NCBI GenBank assembly: GCA_963664115.2
Contig: CAXWPJ010000006.1
Span: forward strand, 128,001 to 192,000
Length of the DNA stretch: 64,000 nt
Direction of reading: 5' to 3'
Source of the DNA: Terriglobia bacterium
GTDB taxonomy: Bacteria; Acidobacteriota; Terriglobia; 20CM-2-55-15
The notes beneath the pieces are model-generated. The model saw only the letters and a list, made by a program, of their open reading frames with translations. It did not search any database and was not told where the DNA came from. Made by a program: the position numbers and the translations under genes. Shown in pieces: positions 40,894-51,014 of this stretch (the first letter of the stretch is position 1; the number at the start of each line of letters is the position of its first letter).

Positions 40894-42225
40894 TCATTGA
40901 TTTCTGGTCTCAAAACCAGCAGTGCTCGTTCCTAAATAGGACTCAGCGGCGGGGGAACGGTTATTCAAGTAAGGTATGGTTTGTGGGCCCTGTGGCAGGA
41001 CACACAGAGTGGACCCGGCACCCGCATCTCTTAAGGCATTGTGAGTGGCTTTGGCGAGGTCGGTGACAGGTTCGAAATGTGCCGCCCGGATTGCGGAGTC
41101 CGACAGGCCGTCGGATTTCAAAAGAACCTTTGCCTTGAGCTGGATCTGAGCCTGGACCTGGACCTGCCACTGATCCGGTCGTCGATAACCGGTTGCGGTG
41201 ACCTTGTCCAGCATTCCCTGTGGGGATTGGCACGAGGCCAGGATCTCTCCGTAGGCGCCGTGGTCGGGGATACCGTCACGACACTCCGCCGCGCAGATGA
41301 TCGTCCCTCCCGGTTTTACAATCTTCGCTGCCGCGGACATGCCTTTGACCGATTGGTACAGGTTTTGATCGAGCGGATAGCCGGAGTTAGTCGTGACGAC
41401 CACATCGAAGAGGGCATCGACGGCTTGCATGGCATTAGACTGCGCCCAGCGGCATGCAGCGGCATGCTCGTCGAAAAGTTTCCCGGCAAAAACGGCCGTA
41501 ATTTCTTGTCGGCGATTGAGCGTGACGTCCAGAGCGAAATCGACGCCTGTCATTGCGGAAATCTCCCGAACGTCATCGTGTATGGGATTGCCCTCGGTGA
41601 TGCCCCACGTGGCGCTCGGATGCCCGATGCGGGAGGCGTCATGGAGGTGGAGCACGGTTTCCAGTCCCGCCAGACCCGGCGCCACCATCTTGGGTCCACC
41701 GCTGAATCCCGCGAAGAAGTGCGGTTCGACGAAGCCGGTGGTGATCCTGAAATCGGCCTCCAGCCAATGCCGGTTCAACAATACCGGAACACCGGACTCT
41801 GTTTCTCCGGCACGAATCAGGGCCGAATCGTCCCGGGCATTGTGGCAGACGATGCGATAGTTTGCAGCGATCTCCGCCCCAAGCATTGCGACGAGTTCAT
41901 CCTGAGTGTTGGCCCGATGGGTTCCGGTGGCTATGAACAGCGTGATGTCTTCAGGCCGGGTTCCGGGCATTTCGGAAAACAAAGCTTCCAGCATCAGTTG
42001 CCGCGGCTGCGCCCGCGTGATGTCGCAGACGGAAATACCGACCTGCTGACCTGCTTGCACAAGTTCCGAAAGAGCGGTACCGGCGACCGGTGTTCGGATG
42101 GCGTCGATTAATAAATCGGTTGGATGGGCCGCCCCGGGCCGATCTTGCGGTTCGATGACGGTGCACCGTTCATCGGGAAGTTCGACCTTCAAGCCCGCTG
42201 TGCCGTAGTCCAGGTTGAGTATCAA
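40894..42225 (-). CDS. larA: Nickel-pincer-dependent lactate racemase family (LarA)
   Basis: DITR, IATGTHR, EPHFFAGFSGGPKMVAPG, GYPLDQNLYQSVKGM. Confidence 0.92.
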   Translation of the reverse strand: MILNLDYGTAGLKVELPDERCTVIEPQDRPGAAHPTDLLIDAIRTPVAGTALSELVQAGQQVGISVCDITRAQPRQLMLEALFSEMPGTRPEDITLFIATGTHRANTQDELVAMLGAEIAANYRIVCHNARDDSALIRAGETESGVPVLLNRHWLEADFRITTGFVEPHFFAGFSGGPKMVAPGLAGLETVLHLHDASRIGHPSATWGITEGNPIHDDVREISAMTGVDFALDVTLNRRQEITAVFAGKLFDEHAAACRWAQSNAMQAVDALFDVVVTTNSGYPLDQNLYQSVKGMSAAAKIVKPGGTIICAAECRDGIPDHGAYGEILASCQSPQGMLDKVTATGYRRPDQWQVQVQAQIQLKAKVLLKSDGLSDSAIRAAHFEPVTDLAKATHNALRDAGAGSTLCVLPQGPQTIPYLNNRSPAAESYLGTSTAGFETRNQ

Positions 42226-42334
42226 GCGTCAGTCCCTAAGTGTGGGGGACAGCCCACCCAATCCCATGTCTTTCCGTCCAGCTCGAGGTTCGGCGGTCTG
42301 TCCCAACATTCAATATCAAGAGTCCATCTGCAGC

Positions 42335-43747
42335 CTAGAAAACACCGACGAGGGGCGCGATAAGCGTCATAGCCGCCGTCATCACGATCACCCAGATGAT
42401 GCTGATGATGGCCCCGGGCAGGAACATATCCGTCATCTTGTAGTAACCCTTGCTGTATGTGATCAGGGGCACGGCATCCAGCGGGAGAAGAAACGAGCAC
42501 GAGGCCGTGAACGCAACCGGAAGCGCGTAGAGCGCGGGATTCGCTCCGGCAGCTTCTGCGAGGAGCATGATCGGAGGAATCATCACCACTATAATGACGG
42601 GATTGATCGGCAGCATCAGGTGAATGACAACGGTGAACGCACTGATCAGTAGGAGAATCCAGAGTGTGGGGAGGTCGGCCAGTCCGCCGAGGACCGAATC
42701 GACGAGCCACCGCGCCAGGCCGCTGCTCGACGACGCTCCTCCCAGTGTGGTCACACCGCCTAACATGACCAGGATGCCCCAACCCACTGCATCTTGAGCT
42801 TCCTGCCAGGAAAACAAGCGTATGCCGGGTAAGAACATTGCGCATCCGCCGCACATTGCGACCAGGGTGACGTCGAGGGCCGGTACCCAGGTGCTCAGAA
42901 TCCACAAAACCATCAAGGTCCCCACAATAGCCACAACCTTCCATTCGCCCGGACTGATGGGTCCCAGTTGGCGACGTTCTTCCTCTATTTCGTCATGGGT
43001 TCCAATAGACGCGATCTCGGGCGGGAAGAACTTGCCCAGGATCCAGGCGGCGATCGGCAACAATATGACGGCCATGGGGATCCCGATGGCCATCCAGGAA
43101 AGGAAGGGTATGCGCGGCCCACCGTTCTGTTCGATCATCACGAGACCCAGGATATTGATCGAACTGCCGGCCGGAGTGCCGATGCCTCCAATCAGCGCGC
43201 CGATAGGGATGCCCAGCATGACGGATTTAGCAAACTGAGATCCCGGTTTCAATTCCAGTTTCGCGAAGATGCCCAGCGCGATGGCCATAAACACAGCCGC
43301 GCTCGGTACGTCCGACATGGTCAAAGATATTGCGCCACTGCCGATCACGAATACATATAGAACCCGTTTCGATTCTGTACCCGCTTTAGAGATCATCCAA
43401 AGCGCGAACCTTTGCGCGAGTCCTGTCTTAACCCAGGCCAGGGAGATCAGAAACATGACCAGCACGAAGAAGAAAACAGGACTTATGAAGTTGCCGAAAG
43501 CCACGCCGAGCGTGCTTAATCCGAAGATCGGCTGGAAGATCAGGGCCAGCAGTGCCGTTACGGCAATGGGTAACGCTTCGGTCGCCCACAAGACCAGAAT
43601 TCCGGCGAGCAGGGCCGCGAGTCGCTGGCCCTCCACGGGTAAGCCCTCCGGGTTGGGCAGGATCAAGACCACCGCCGTGGCAGCGATCGCCCCTAGGATT
43701 CCCCAAGCGGCCGAATTACTTTTCGCAGTGCCCGAGCTTTGCGCCAT
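42335..43747 (-). CDS. DASS/SLC13 sodium-coupled anion symporter
   Basis: LWATEALPIAVTALL, IGGIGTPAGSSIN, ASCSFLLP. Confidence 0.9.
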   Translation of the reverse strand: MAQSSGTAKSNSAAWGILGAIAATAVVLILPNPEGLPVEGQRLAALLAGILVLWATEALPIAVTALLALIFQPIFGLSTLGVAFGNFISPVFFFVLVMFLISLAWVKTGLAQRFALWMISKAGTESKRVLYVFVIGSGAISLTMSDVPSAAVFMAIALGIFAKLELKPGSQFAKSVMLGIPIGALIGGIGTPAGSSINILGLVMIEQNGGPRIPFLSWMAIGIPMAVILLPIAAWILGKFFPPEIASIGTHDEIEEERRQLGPISPGEWKVVAIVGTLMVLWILSTWVPALDVTLVAMCGGCAMFLPGIRLFSWQEAQDAVGWGILVMLGGVTTLGGASSSSGLARWLVDSVLGGLADLPTLWILLLISAFTVVIHLMLPINPVIIVVMIPPIMLLAEAAGANPALYALPVAFTASCSFLLPLDAVPLITYSKGYYKMTDMFLPGAIISIIWVIVMTAAMTLIAPLVGVF

Positions 43748-43750
43748 CCG

Positions 43751-44149
43751 TCACTCCTTGGCGTCTTCGAAGACGGCAGTGATTTCACATTGAACGCGGT
43801 AATTCTGAGGGAGGTCCTGATTCTGAAACGTATGGCGGACAGGCCGTGATTCGACGTCGGGGAACATCGCGAGCCATTCTTTGTTGAGGTGGGTCTTATC
43901 GTCACCTTCGAGCCAGACCGACAGCTTGATAATGTCGTCGATGGACCCGCCGGCGGCTTCCATGATGCGTGGCAGGTTGGCGAACATCAACGCGCATTCG
44001 CTTTCAAGGTCAACCCCTGTCTCGCCGGTCTCCGGATCCTTTCCCGAGATGGGCCCGGTCACGAGCAGTGAACCCATGCGTGTCGCCAACGGGATCGGGT
44101 GCATATGTTCGAGACCCGGCACCTTAAGAACGATTCGCTTGTGCGTCAT
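43751..44149 (-). CDS. RidA family protein
   Basis: MEAAGGSIDDIIKL, LNKEWLAMFPD...RPVRHT. Confidence 0.85.
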   Translation of the reverse strand: MTHKRIVLKVPGLEHMHPIPLATRMGSLLVTGPISGKDPETGETGVDLESECALMFANLPRIMEAAGGSIDDIIKLSVWLEGDDKTHLNKEWLAMFPDVESRPVRHTFQNQDLPQNYRVQCEITAVFEDAKE

Positions 44150-44343
44150 ATCCTGCTCGGTGAATGTATTTCACGGTGTCCACTGCGGTGCTCCCGTTTC
44201 GAAAACCCGCTATCAACGCCGTAAAGGCTCTCGTTACCCCGCCATCAGGGCGCCATTGTAGCCTGATGATCTCTCCCGACCAAGGTCAGGGCACTTCCAG
44301 TTGGATTCGCCCCGGACTGCTACACTTGACCGGGAGGCGTTTC

Positions 44344-45747
44344 ATGATCTGTTGTCGATCGATAACAGCAGTCGGTTTTCTCCTGCTCTGCCTCGGGGTG
44401 ATGCCTTTGCGAGGCGCCGCACAATCGGGCCCTGCTGATCCGAATGTGTTGGATGTCTGCGATTCCATCGCGGAATTGTTGGAGGCCGAACACGGATTCC
44501 AAAACCTCGTGAACCCGGTGATACGAAACCGGGTTGAGGTTGAAGCCAGGGTGAGCGACTACAGAGAGATGCTGTCCTGCCTCGATTCGGTGGCGGTGTC
44601 GGCAAGCTCTCTGGGCTGGGTCCGCAACCTGAGGTACCACCTTCGATTGTTCCTTTCCTTCGCTGCTCCATCCGAAGTAAACACTCGAGGCTCCGTGCTG
44701 CGGTTGGTCGATCTTCAGGCGAGTGAGGATCCTGCGATACGCCGGTTGGTCCAAGAGCTCGGACTCGCTTCGCCCGAAGGGTCGGTTCTGGTTCGATATT
44801 TCCGGAGCCGTGAACAGATGCCGGAGAACATCCAGCGGGCATTCGAGAGTCCTCAGACTCAGGCCGTGACGATGTCGTCACGATATATTGCCGTCCTGAC
44901 ATCGCCTTCCAGGAGTTTCGGACAGGGAGGGATCGGGGGTGGGGCCTCGGCGGCGACATTGTCCCACGAACTCGTCCACGCGTTCCTTAGCGCGCGGCTG
45001 AATACCGAGCTTTCGCCTGAAGGGTTTCCCCGCTGGTTTCACGAAGGAATGGCGATTCACTATAGCGATCGCGGCCGGGCGCATATCAGTGTCGATCCCG
45101 TTTCCGGTGACCTCCTGCGTATCGAGCCGACACCGCAGTACGAGCAATACGAAAGGGTGTTTCGCTTCCTGGAATCCGAACTGGGAGTCGATCGATTCAG
45201 ACAGGAAGTGCGACGTTCAGTGGAGGACGTCGATCCGTCGATTCTGTATCGAACGATGGATTTTCCGTCTTATGAAGAGCTCGCGCTCAATGCCGAACTC
45301 TGGTGGCGTTGGTGGCCTCTCCCCCTCGTGTTCGTCCGCGATGGAAACGCTGGGTGGTTTGCTGGGCTCATGGTTATCCTGGGCGCCGGAGCCATGTTTG
45401 CCTGGCGCCGCTGGCAGCCTGCCGTTCCCGGATCTGCCCTGGAGGTTGGCGTTGATAGGGATCTGATTGCGGCTGTCAAGACGGGCGACATCACCAGCAT
45501 GGCTTACTTGATTCGTTCGGGAGCGAATCCCGATTCCCGCGACGATGGTGGCTGGTCAGCCCTCGCGTGGGCGGTTTGGGCCGACAATGCCCAGGCCGTG
45601 GAACTGCTCCTCAACGGTGGAGCGGATGTGAGCTCCCAAATCCGAGCCCTTGCGGAATCTCGCGATTGTTCTCCAGGAGTAATCTGTGTGCTGGCCGATG
45701 CTGTGACGCGTGAGGATGACGACTCGGTCGCAATGGACCGGAGCTGA
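44344..45747 (+). CDS. Exported HExxH peptidase-like domain + TM helix + ankyrin repeats
   Basis: Signal peptide; LSHELVH...PRWFHEGMA; TM; LIRSGANPD..GWSALAWA..VELLLNGGAD. Confidence 0.75.
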   Translation: MICCRSITAVGFLLLCLGVMPLRGAAQSGPADPNVLDVCDSIAELLEAEHGFQNLVNPVIRNRVEVEARVSDYREMLSCLDSVAVSASSLGWVRNLRYHLRLFLSFAAPSEVNTRGSVLRLVDLQASEDPAIRRLVQELGLASPEGSVLVRYFRSREQMPENIQRAFESPQTQAVTMSSRYIAVLTSPSRSFGQGGIGGGASAATLSHELVHAFLSARLNTELSPEGFPRWFHEGMAIHYSDRGRAHISVDPVSGDLLRIEPTPQYEQYERVFRFLESELGVDRFRQEVRRSVEDVDPSILYRTMDFPSYEELALNAELWWRWWPLPLVFVRDGNAGWFAGLMVILGAGAMFAWRRWQPAVPGSALEVGVDRDLIAAVKTGDITSMAYLIRSGANPDSRDDGGWSALAWAVWADNAQAVELLLNGGADVSSQIRALAESRDCSPGVICVLADAVTREDDDSVAMDRS

Positions 45748-45978
45748 GGCAAGGGGTTCCGCTATAGTCGTTTGAGTTAGGCGTAGATCCGAACGCGGGC
45801 TGCGGGGCGGATCAGTTCAGAGGCCCTGTCGGGCGCTTTCCTGCCGTATGATTGAAGACTTAGAGCAGAGCCGGACCGCGACAACCCGCATTTTGCTAAC
45901 ACTTCGAATGCAGTCGAGGGAAAAATTGTCCATCCCCTTGTGCGTGACGCTCCGGCATAAACCTGGAGGACTCCAAGA

Positions 45979-47334
45979 ATGAACAAGGCAGCCCAATCCG
46001 AACTGGATAAATTCATGAAGGGCTTGATTCGGCGCAATCCGGGTGAGCCTGAGTTTCACCAGGCCGTCCAGGAGGTTGCCGAAAGTCTGGCGCCGTTCAT
46101 CCTGGAGCACCCTGAATATCGTGACGCGCAGATCGTGGAACGCATGACCGAGCCGGATCGGATAATCATCTTTCGCGTGACCTGGCAGGATGACGCAGGA
46201 TGTATTCGTGCGAACCGTGGGTGGCGCGTTCAGTTCAATAATGCGATTGGCCCATACAAAGGCGGGCTCCGTTTTCATCCTTCGGTGACCTTGAGCGTTC
46301 TTAAGTTCCTTGGATTCGAACAGGTGTTCAAGAACAGTCTGACCGGTCTGCCAATGGGGGGCGCCAAGGGCGGTTCGAACTTCAACCCCAAGGACAAGAG
46401 TGACGGAGAGGTCATGCGATTCTGCCAGTCTCTGATGACGGAGCTCCACCGCTACATCGGAGAAGACACCGACGTTCCGGCCGGGGATATCGGTGTCGGC
46501 CCACGGGAGATCAGCTACCTCTTCGGCCAGTACAAGCGTCTCGAGAATCGATTTGCAGGCGTTCTGACCGGGAAGGGTCTGAGTTTTGGGGGGAGTTTTA
46601 TTCGACAGGAAGCGACCGGATACGGATGTATATATTTTGTAGAGCAAATGATGGAGAATCGCGGAGAAAGTGTGGAGGGGAAGACCTGTGTAGTTTCCGG
46701 CTCCGGTAATGTGTCGCTATATGCCATCGAAAAGCTGATCGAGCGGGGAGCGAGGCCCGTGACTGCGTCCGATTCAGGTGGATTCATTCACGACCCTGAT
46801 GGGATTGACGGCGACAAGCTTGAATGGCTCAAAGGACTGAAGGAGATCCGCCGCGGTCGGATTGGCGAGTACGCCGAGCAGTTTCCTCGAGCGACCTTCT
46901 ATGAAAAGCGCCGGCCATGGGGCGTGCCGGCGGATATTGCGATTCCATGTGCGACACAGAACGAACTGGACGGGGACGACGCCCGGGTCTTGATTGGAAA
47001 CGGCTTGCAGGCGATTGCCGAGGGCGCCAACATGCCCTGTACCCGGGAAGCGATTGAAGCGTTTGTCGGGGCGAAAATCCCGATTGCACCCGGAAAGGCA
47101 GCAAACGCAGGAGGCGTCGCCGTGTCCGGCCTCGAGCAAAGCCAGAATGCGCTACGGATCTCCTGGAGCCGCGAAGACGTCGATCAGCGTTTACAGGACA
47201 TCATGCGCAATATCCACGCACGGTCGGCCCGGTTCGGATACGAAAAAGACGGCTACATCAATTATGTCAACGGGGCGAACATCGCAGGGTTCGTCAAGGT
47301 TGCCGATGCCATGATCGCGTATGGCGTTGTTTAA
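45979..47334 (+). CDS. gdhA: NADP-specific glutamate dehydrogenase
   Basis: GPYKGGLRFHPSV, LPMGGAKGG, DVPAGDIGVG, GKAANAGGVAVSGLE. Confidence 0.96.
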   Translation: MNKAAQSELDKFMKGLIRRNPGEPEFHQAVQEVAESLAPFILEHPEYRDAQIVERMTEPDRIIIFRVTWQDDAGCIRANRGWRVQFNNAIGPYKGGLRFHPSVTLSVLKFLGFEQVFKNSLTGLPMGGAKGGSNFNPKDKSDGEVMRFCQSLMTELHRYIGEDTDVPAGDIGVGPREISYLFGQYKRLENRFAGVLTGKGLSFGGSFIRQEATGYGCIYFVEQMMENRGESVEGKTCVVSGSGNVSLYAIEKLIERGARPVTASDSGGFIHDPDGIDGDKLEWLKGLKEIRRGRIGEYAEQFPRATFYEKRRPWGVPADIAIPCATQNELDGDDARVLIGNGLQAIAEGANMPCTREAIEAFVGAKIPIAPGKAANAGGVAVSGLEQSQNALRISWSREDVDQRLQDIMRNIHARSARFGYEKDGYINYVNGANIAGFVKVADAMIAYGVV

Positions 47335-47574
47335 CCGGCACTTTCCCCGCTGGCTGGAAAACCCTGCCGATTTAATTGCCAAGTGGAGGAGTTATTTTGA
47401 TTGTCGCTGACCACCGATGGACCTATTCTTCACCGTGGACTCCTTGTCACGATCGGGCTGCTCGACGAGAGTCCACTTTCGCTTTCGCAATGCAATGCCG
47501 TTTGGGTCTGCATTTGGCGAGAAGGGTGAGTTCGGGTTAACAATTTTCAATTCAAAATCAGGCTGGAGGTTTCT

Positions 47575-48855
47575 ATGCGCCGTGTGACGTGCATCGCGGG
47601 TCTAATTTCGATCACTCTATTTTTAGTTGGGGCGTGTTCAGCGCCAACACCGGTGGAAGCCCCACAGACGGACGACGTCACCGTGTTCGAAGGGGCGCGG
47701 CTCATTGTCGGTGACGGGAGCGGGCCGATTGAGGATGCCGCATTCGTTGTCGTGAACGATCGATTCACCCAGGTGGGTCAAACGGGGCAGCTCAACGTGC
47801 CGGCAGGGGCCAATCGTGTGGATCTGACCGGCAAGACTGTCATGCCGGCGATTGTCGACGCACATAAGCACATCTCGAGCGACCGAGACGAGATGGTCGA
47901 ACAACTGCAGCGCCTGGCGTACTACGGCGTTGGCATGGTGACGAGTCTGGGTCAGGATCAGGGTGATGTGGCGTTGCAGGTACGGGAAAATCCGATTCCG
48001 AATGCCGCGCTGCTGCGCACGGCGGGACGGGGGATCACCGCGCCAGAGCCGGGGCGCTCCGAGGTCCCCTACTGGGTCACTACAGAAGATGAAGCCCGAA
48101 CGGCCATACAGGAACTGGCCGCGAGACAGGTTGACATGGTCAAGCTCTGGGTTGACGACCGGAACGGCATGTATGAAAAATTAAGTCCTGCCCTCTATGG
48201 CGCCGCTATCGACGAGGCTCACAGTGCCAATCTTCGCGTGACAGCCCATCTCTTTACGCTCGAAGACGCGAAAGGCCTTCTCAGGGCAGGTCTCGATGCC
48301 TTCGCCCACGGAATCCGGGACCGCGATATCGACGACGAGGTCGTTGAGCTGTTCCAGGAACGGCCTGATTTTTTCCTTGTGCCGAATATGCCCGACAGAG
48401 GAGTCGCTGTGGATATGAGCTGGCTGAGTGGAACGCTGCCCGCCGAAGAGGTCGAGCGGCTCCAGGCAGCGTCCACGGACCGGCCCGAGGCTCAAGAGTT
48501 CTGGGGAATTCAGGCCCGCAATCTGGACAGGCTGAACGCGGCGGGTGTGCGGATCGCCTTGGGGACCGACGGCAGCACGGACTGGGCACCGCATGTTGAA
48601 ATGGTTGACATGGTAGCGGCGGGGATGACGCCCGCTGAGGTTATAGTAGCCGCCACGAGCAATGCGGCTGAGCTGATGCAAGTCGACGACGTTGGTATGG
48701 TGGAAACGGGCAGGAGTGCGGACTTCATCGTTCTGAACGCCAATCCTCTCGATGACATCACCAACACGCGGCAAATCGACTCGGTCTATCTCCGCGGCAG
48801 TGCACTTGACCGGGCGGCTATGAGCGCCCAATGGACCAGTCAGGCATCGCAGTGA
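47575..48855 (+). CDS. Amidohydrolase family lipoprotein
   Basis: Lipobox VGAC; MPAIVDAHKH, VTAH, ALGTDG, GRSADFIVLNANPL. Confidence 0.88.
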   Translation: MRRVTCIAGLISITLFLVGACSAPTPVEAPQTDDVTVFEGARLIVGDGSGPIEDAAFVVVNDRFTQVGQTGQLNVPAGANRVDLTGKTVMPAIVDAHKHISSDRDEMVEQLQRLAYYGVGMVTSLGQDQGDVALQVRENPIPNAALLRTAGRGITAPEPGRSEVPYWVTTEDEARTAIQELAARQVDMVKLWVDDRNGMYEKLSPALYGAAIDEAHSANLRVTAHLFTLEDAKGLLRAGLDAFAHGIRDRDIDDEVVELFQERPDFFLVPNMPDRGVAVDMSWLSGTLPAEEVERLQAASTDRPEAQEFWGIQARNLDRLNAAGVRIALGTDGSTDWAPHVEMVDMVAAGMTPAEVIVAATSNAAELMQVDDVGMVETGRSADFIVLNANPLDDITNTRQIDSVYLRGSALDRAAMSAQWTSQASQ

Positions 48856-49198
48856 AACCGAAAGGTTCGCGATTCGAAGAGAGCGTTTCGAATTCGTGAA
48901 CGTCGAGTGGCTGAGTTGGACCTGTCCACTGTTTCAGGGCGCATGGCCTGGGACAGTGGACCTCACCGACTGAGCCGATAGCCCAGCCAGATTCCGGCGA
49001 TTCCGCCGACGAACGACAACCCGACTCCCGACATCGACAGCCCGCTTCCGCCCCAGAGCGCAGGCAGGTAACCCCCGAGGGCCGATCCCACAAAGAATCC
49101 ACCCCAGATGAACTTTTTAGTCATGTGCTGGGCCCACTGTGTAATGCGGTCTTCCCGGAATCAACACCTTCTCAATTTCTAATCGCGTATTGTGTTAG

Positions 49199-49494
49199 CA
49201 GCCCGTGGCAGAAGTCTCGAGGACCGCGCGCAGGGGTCTTCGAGTTGCGGGCGCGAAGTGAGGAGCGGGCACCGAGGTCTGAAACCGAGGCCGCTGGCGC
49301 CGTCTTTACATCGTGACCGACGAGAGACAAAGCCTGCGGCCCGAACCCCCCTGCGCCCACAGGGTTACGGCGAAACGGGGCTGTCTTCGTTGTCGCCGAC
49401 TCCTCCCAATGAATGAGCATTGTCTCGTCGTCGTCTCCTAAAATCCAGCCCCGTTTGGCCGTAACGCGGCCCTCGAGACTTCTGCCACGGGCTG
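49199..49494. mobile_element. MITE, non-coding, 296 bp
   Basis: Perfect 24-bp TIR CAGCCCGTGGCAGAAGTCTCGAGG, flanked by TTAG/CTAG; two long internal hairpins. Confidence 0.85.
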
Positions 49495-49498
49495 CTAG

Positions 49499-50966
49499 TA
49501 CTACTGTGTTACAAACGAAGCGGCCCACAGAGCGGACAGCACGGGAGTTGCTGGATGAGGAATCGTGCGATGCGAATGCGAAGTGAGGCGATCGAGCACG
49601 GATTATGTCGCTCGGGCCGGATCCGGGGCTCCGCGGGGTTTGAAGTGTCTGGGGAGTTGGGGGACGGATAGTCCAACATGCGTGACAAATGCAGAGGGGG
49701 AAAAACGGTTCCGCTCAGCGACCAGGAACCCATAAGCTGCGATGCATAAAGCGCCATGGTGGTGAAATCCACGCCAGCCGCGACCTTCGTAATGGCCCAG
49801 TCCGAGTTCCTGCTTGAGTTCCTGATAGTCGCGTTCGATGATCCAGCGATGCTTGGCCCGATAGACCAGATTTGAAAGAGAGGTATTGGTCCCGAGACTG
49901 GAGAGCCAGTATTGAACCGGTTCGGATTCGGTCTTGGGCCATTCGATCAACAACCATTCTTCCGGATGGGGCTCGTGGCGCTCATGATCGCGATGAGCCG
50001 TGCGAATCCGGATTGCGGCGAAGCGGGAGCGCAACGTGTCGGCCGTGCCTTCGCGCCAGGACACGTTCTTCCATTTTTGTCGAGGCAAGGAGAGAGCCAG
50101 TTGTTTGACCGAAACAGGACGATGCTTCTTGTGACGCCTCAACAGCGTCGGCGGGCGCCCCTGGCCGGTCCACGACTTCTTGGGCAGGGGTTGCCGACCG
50201 GGCTCCCAGACCGAGGTCGAGGATTGGATGCCAACCACATAAGGCAGCCCCAGTGCGGTAATCGTCGCGCGAAACTTACTGTCGTTGCCGTAGGCGGCAT
50301 CGGCCAACACGGGAGCCGTCCCCACACCGTCCGCAATCGCCTGTCGGATTTGGTCCAGAGCAATCGCAATCTTGGTCTGGAATCCAACCGCGTCGGGGAC
50401 ACCGGTCTTCTTGCGGCGTTCGGCATCGTTCGCCCAAAGCTTCGGCAGGTACAGCCGCCATGCCACGGGCAGACTCGATTTCGCCGTCGCTACCGACAGA
50501 CTGACCGCCACCCGGCAGTTCTCCTGCTTGCCGACCTGTCCACAGTATTGCCGGGCCACACCTACCGAGTGGGTCCCCTTCTTCACGAATCCGGTGTCGT
50601 CGACAATCCACGATTCAATCGGACCGTGCGCTTCCATCCCCGGCAACGTCGACTCCCGGACTTGTCGCAATATGGCCGCATCCTCCCAGGGGGCATCCGC
50701 CACCAGGTGATGCAGCGACTGATGCATTTGGCGCACATTATCCGGAGCCAATCGCGCCGCCATCGGTTCCACGCTCTTGCGCTTGATTGGCAGCAGCAAT
50801 CCCTTGCAGTACCACTTCAGCGGTTCATGACGGTCGGCGTGTCCGGCGGCCGACGCCAGGCGTTCCATATAGGCCGCAAAACGTTCTTCCTGAGTGCCTG
50901 GCGCCTTCGTTTTGGCGCTCATGTGCAAATGCTAACACAAGCTCGTCATTTTGTAACACAGTAGTA
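49499..50966 (-). mobile_element. IS701 family insertion sequence, copy 1
   Basis: TIR TACTACTGTGTTACAAA; CTAG on both sides. Confidence 0.95.
49603..50922 (-). CDS. IS701 family transposase
   Basis: RKSVEPMA, IVDDTGFVKKG.HSVGVARQYCG..GK.ENC, LADAAYG, RWIIERDYQELKQELGL.HYEGR.W.GFHHH. Confidence 0.95.
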   Translation of the reverse strand: MSAKTKAPGTQEERFAAYMERLASAAGHADRHEPLKWYCKGLLLPIKRKSVEPMAARLAPDNVRQMHQSLHHLVADAPWEDAAILRQVRESTLPGMEAHGPIESWIVDDTGFVKKGTHSVGVARQYCGQVGKQENCRVAVSLSVATAKSSLPVAWRLYLPKLWANDAERRKKTGVPDAVGFQTKIAIALDQIRQAIADGVGTAPVLADAAYGNDSKFRATITALGLPYVVGIQSSTSVWEPGRQPLPKKSWTGQGRPPTLLRRHKKHRPVSVKQLALSLPRQKWKNVSWREGTADTLRSRFAAIRIRTAHRDHERHEPHPEEWLLIEWPKTESEPVQYWLSSLGTNTSLSNLVYRAKHRWIIERDYQELKQELGLGHYEGRGWRGFHHHGALCIAAYGFLVAERNRFSPSAFVTHVGLSVPQLPRHFKPRGAPDPARAT

Positions 50967-51014
50967 CTAGAGGGGAGCTGATCACCCAGCTCTGGTCACA
51001 ACACTGAACGTGGA

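Noticed and set aside
49912-50964. 350-aa + strand ORF (and its twin at 54652-55704)
   Set aside because: Antisense shadow of the IS701 transposase
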